Source of the DNA: Lachnospiraceae bacterium
GTDB lineage: Bacteria; Bacillota; Clostridia; Lachnospirales; Lachnospiraceae
Length of the DNA: 36,954 bases
NCBI GenBank assembly: GCA_021199405.1
Contig: JAJQID010000078.1
Location: 1 to 36,954 of the forward strand
Reading direction: 5' to 3'
Shown here: positions 33,934 to 36,954 of the stretch, piece after piece
Numbering within the stretch: the first letter of the stretch is position 1
Layout: each line of letters starts with the position of its first letter
The notes under the pieces: model-generated
Told to the model about the DNA's origin: nothing
Databases searched by the model: none
Seen by the model: only the letters and a program-made list of their open reading frames with translations
Translations under genes and position numbers: made by a program

Positions 33934-36372
33934 ATGGCGCAGAGCAAAAATGGACAGATACCGGTCAGCAGCATCCGGATTGCCCGTATCCGGGGCAATG
34001 CTGCAGAGCATGTGCCGGATTATCTTTTTTTATGGGCATTACGCGGGGAGTTTGGGCTGATTTTGGATCAGCTCCATTATACCATCCGGAGTAATGACGT
34101 TCTGCTGCTTTTACCCGGACAATTATATAATCTTTACGCAAATGGGCAGAATGAAATCATGATGGTACAGATCAGACGTGATTTCTTTGAGGAGAGGGGC
34201 AGCGGCTCCCTGGGACATTATGTCTGTTCTTCCGCTGCAGATCAGGAACGTGACTATGAACCGCTGCGAAGAATGCTGGCACAGCTGGCGCTGACATGGA
34301 TTTCTGAGGATCCGGAGAAGGATCTGCTGCTGAATTCTCAGGCTTACAGTCTGTTGTATTACATGAACCGGTATCATTATATTCTGGATGTTTCCGCCCT
34401 GTCGGGGGAGGACGGTAAGGAGCTGTCAGCCAGAGCCAGGGATATTGTTTCCTTTGTGGAGGACAATTACAGGGACCATATCGGGCTTTCTGATCTGGCG
34501 GCACATCTGAATTTGTCCGCGCAGTATGCGTCCAGACTGGTGAAACGCTGTCTGGGACGCAACTACATTTCTTATTTGAATCAGGTGCGGCTTCAGCATG
34601 CCTGTGATGATCTTGTATATACGGATAAGACAGTTCTGGCCGTTGCGACGGACAATGGGTTTTCCAATATGAACTCATTCAACAGGCTGTTCCGGGATAC
34701 CTACAAAATAACGCCTTCTCAGTATCGGGCAGAAAACAGGAAGGCCGCCGAGCCTGCTGTGGTGGGAAGCGGCGGGGAACAGGAGCTGAATCTTGAGGAG
34801 ACCCTGCGGGATCACCTGGGCTGTTATGGGGAACAGAACGGACCGGCACTGTCTCAGAAAGACTTTGCGCCGAAGACCATGGTAACGGTGCCTCACGCGG
34901 CGCAGGGGCGGGATTGCTGTTTCCCATGGCAGCAGACGATTAATATCGGGTACAGTGATTACAGTGACCGCGCGGAGTTAAAGGAGCATATGCAGATCGT
35001 ACAGAAGGAAATCGGCTTTTCCTATGGAAGGCTGCAGGCAGTTCTGAACGAGTCAATGCTCCCGACAATTCCCGGGACGGAGGATTACAATTATTCAAGA
35101 CTGGATCAGATGATCGAGAATATGCTGGCCATCGGGATGAGGCCGTTTCTGGACCTGACCTATAAATTTTCCCATGTAGTGGGCTATTCACAGGATCAGG
35201 GAAATGAACGGCAGGAATATATGATTGAGGAGAACCGACGTTTCTCCGGCAAGGTTTCCGCACTGATTCGCCATTGTATTAATGCCTTTGGACGCCAGGA
35301 GGTGGAAAACTGGCAGTTTGAGATCGGATATCTGCATGATGAAAACCTGCAGATACTGGAGAGCCCGGATTATTTCTGCCGCCGTTTTCAGGAGGCATAT
35401 TACCTGATTAAGGAGATGCTGCCGGGAGCCTGTGTTGGAGGGATGGGCTATAATATTATGCTGTCGGATGACCTTCTGGAGGAAGTGCTTAATCGCCTGG
35501 ATGAGAAAAAGTTCACACCGGATTTTCTGTCTGTGGTGTTTTTTGCGTACTGTTCCCCGCTGCTTCCGGGAGATCCGGAAAATTCGGCGATTTCCTCGGA
35601 TCCGGATCGGGCTCTGAATCGGGTGCGCAGTGTGCGCAAAGTACTTGACCGCCATCCGTACGCACCGGGGAAGCTGTATCTGACAGCCTTCGGGCAGGAC
35701 ATATCCGCTCGAAATTACGTCAATGACAGCTGTTATCAGGCCGCTTTTCTGGTAAAAAACGCCATCGACCTGATGAATCAGGTAGATCTGCTGGCTTTCT
35801 GGCAGCTTTCGGATATCTGCGACACACATACGGATTCCAGCACGCTGCTTTTCGGCGGTAATGGTCTGTTAAGCCAGGCGGGATTGAAAAAACCGGGGTT
35901 CAGCGCATTAAAGAGAATGAAAAATCTGGGGGAGAAGCTGGTACAGAAGGGTCCTGATTATCTGGTGACAACGGACAACAGAAGCAGGATTACCCTGGTC
36001 ATGTATCATTATTCGCACTTCAATGACCAGTACTGTGTCCGGAGATATTCACAGGTGAGCGCACAGCAGGTGTATTCTGTCTTTGACGCGCCGGAGGTGA
36101 TTGATCTCACCATCCGCCTGGAGGGACTTACAGAGGGAAGGTATCGGGTCAACACAACGGTGATCAACAGGGAACACGGCAGTATCCTTGATCAATGGCT
36201 TGAATATGGACAGCTGGAGCATCTTTATCCCAGGGACATTCAGTACTTTCGGGACGTGGTACATCCCCATCAGCAGGTGGCGTATCGAAATTGTGAGGAT
36301 GGAATTCTGGAAATTCACGCGCAGTTGTCTCCTCACGAGATACGTTTTGTGGAGCTGACGGGAGAACTATAA
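33934..36372 (+). CDS. AraC-family regulator fused to a ~500-aa glycoside-hydrolase-like (GH39/TIM-barrel-like) C-terminal domain
   Basis: Three parts: an N-terminal cupin-like sensor region, an AraC HTH (LSAQYASRLVKRCLG...GFSNMNSFNRLFRDTYKITPSQYR), and a long C-terminal domain (GFSYGRLQAVLNE...MRPFLDLTYKF...). The last resembles beta-xylosidase-type domains from memory. The start is ATG 33934, after AGGAGAAGG. Confidence 0.7.
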   Translation: MAQSKNGQIPVSSIRIARIRGNAAEHVPDYLFLWALRGEFGLILDQLHYTIRSNDVLLLLPGQLYNLYANGQNEIMMVQIRRDFFEERGSGSLGHYVCSSAADQERDYEPLRRMLAQLALTWISEDPEKDLLLNSQAYSLLYYMNRYHYILDVSALSGEDGKELSARARDIVSFVEDNYRDHIGLSDLAAHLNLSAQYASRLVKRCLGRNYISYLNQVRLQHACDDLVYTDKTVLAVATDNGFSNMNSFNRLFRDTYKITPSQYRAENRKAAEPAVVGSGGEQELNLEETLRDHLGCYGEQNGPALSQKDFAPKTMVTVPHAAQGRDCCFPWQQTINIGYSDYSDRAELKEHMQIVQKEIGFSYGRLQAVLNESMLPTIPGTEDYNYSRLDQMIENMLAIGMRPFLDLTYKFSHVVGYSQDQGNERQEYMIEENRRFSGKVSALIRHCINAFGRQEVENWQFEIGYLHDENLQILESPDYFCRRFQEAYYLIKEMLPGACVGGMGYNIMLSDDLLEEVLNRLDEKKFTPDFLSVVFFAYCSPLLPGDPENSAISSDPDRALNRVRSVRKVLDRHPYAPGKLYLTAFGQDISARNYVNDSCYQAAFLVKNAIDLMNQVDLLAFWQLSDICDTHTDSSTLLFGGNGLLSQAGLKKPGFSALKRMKNLGEKLVQKGPDYLVTTDNRSRITLVMYHYSHFNDQYCVRRYSQVSAQQVYSVFDAPEVIDLTIRLEGLTEGRYRVNTTVINREHGSILDQWLEYGQLEHLYPRDIQYFRDVVHPHQQVAYRNCEDGILEIHAQLSPHEIRFVELTGEL

Positions 36373-36409
36373 GGGAAAAATAACAGATAAGTAAATATGG
36401 AAAAGGCAG

Positions 36410-36446
36410 CAGAGGTCAAGAAATGAATATCATTTTTTGACCTCTG
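36410..36446 (+). terminator. Intrinsic terminator after the AraC-fusion gene
   Basis: CAGAGGTCAA (36410-36419) pairs with TTGACCTCTG (36437-36446), followed by TTTCG. Confidence 0.6.
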
Positions 36447-36594
36447 TTTCGTGTGAAAACCAAAAAAAAGAAAAAAGCCAAAAAAACGATAAAATTTGGT
36501 CGAATGTTTGCAAAAAAATGGATAGAGAAGGGGAAAAAGGAGTGATACAATTTGTGCAAGTTAGACAAAAGATTAAAGTTTTCAGAAAGAGAGT

Positions 36595-36954
36595 ATGGAC
36601 AAAATGAGAATTGTTCACGGATATTCGCTTCCAATTCCGGATTATGAACCGGTCCGGCGATTTACGCCCCAGGAGATGGTGGATCAGGATATGCCTGGAA
36701 TGGGAAGCGGATCAAAGTTTGATGACGCGCCGGGCAGCCCGGCGATCCTTGTGGAAAAGGATGGGGTGAAGAAGGATGCGGTAAAGTCCGGGTGTATCTA
36801 CGGCGGGACAATCAGCGATCAGGGTGTGAGCGATCTGAAATTTGTTACCTATGACGGGAATCTGGGAGGAGTCATGGTGATCGGTCCTCAAAAATATACG
36901 ATTGACCGGGCAACAATGAGCCTCTCGGGAAAGTGCCTGGGGCTGGGTCTGGAG
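36595..36954 (+). CDS. Hypothetical protein, 3' end beyond the window
   Basis: The frame is open from ATG 36595 (or ATG 36604) to the window end: MDKMRIVHGYSLPIPDYEPVRRFTPQEMVDQDMPGMGSGSKFDD... It is missing from the ORF track because it has no stop. No motif was recognised. Confidence 0.5.
   Translation, partial: MDKMRIVHGYSLPIPDYEPVRRFTPQEMVDQDMPGMGSGSKFDDAPGSPAILVEKDGVKKDAVKSGCIYGGTISDQGVSDLKFVTYDGNLGGVMVIGPQKYTIDRATMSLSGKCLGLGLE

Overview
The window looks like a chromosomal segment of a moderately GC-rich Firmicute, probably a Clostridia/Lachnospiraceae-type gut anaerobe. That assignment is inferred from gene content, AGGAGG-type ribosome binding sites (RBS), lipoprotein signals and protein motifs. 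No database search was run.

Most of the window is housekeeping metabolism:
- Pyrimidine genes pyrF and pyrE.
- Pyruvate kinase.
- A purE-purM-purN-purD cluster.
- gdhA.
- A polar amino-acid ABC transporter with a divergent HxlR regulator.
- A Ca2+/Na+ antiporter.

Accessory content:
1. A 27-aa holin-like peptide gene faced by a strongly promoted, ORF-less convergent transcript. This is a candidate type I toxin-antitoxin.
2. A RelE/AbrB-type type II toxin-antitoxin pair in a visibly AT-richer patch.
3. An 11-kb same-strand locus: a family-5 peptide/opine-type ABC importer (its binding-protein gene is frameshifted), an MFS transporter, a D-2-hydroxyacid dehydrogenase, a ceramidase-like amidohydrolase, an alpha/beta hydrolase and a GntR/HutC regulator. 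A MATE exporter follows.
4. Two SH3b-repeat envelope proteins. One has a 30-bp in-frame tandem repeat in its tail and a long, highly structured 5' leader.
5. An AraC-type regulator fused to a large glycoside-hydrolase-like domain.

No rRNA, tRNA, CRISPR array, transposase, integrase or recognisable defence gene was seen.

The most interesting unexplained signals are non-coding:
- The toxin/antisense pair at about 840-1171.
- A 63-nt two-hairpin module present twice, 9 kb apart.
- A roughly 200-nt multi-stem leader at 32045-32246.
- A G10 tract sitting on a predicted transcription start at 27906-27915.

I do not see a clear multi-gene novel system. All functional calls rest on motif recognition by eye, and start codons are best guesses.
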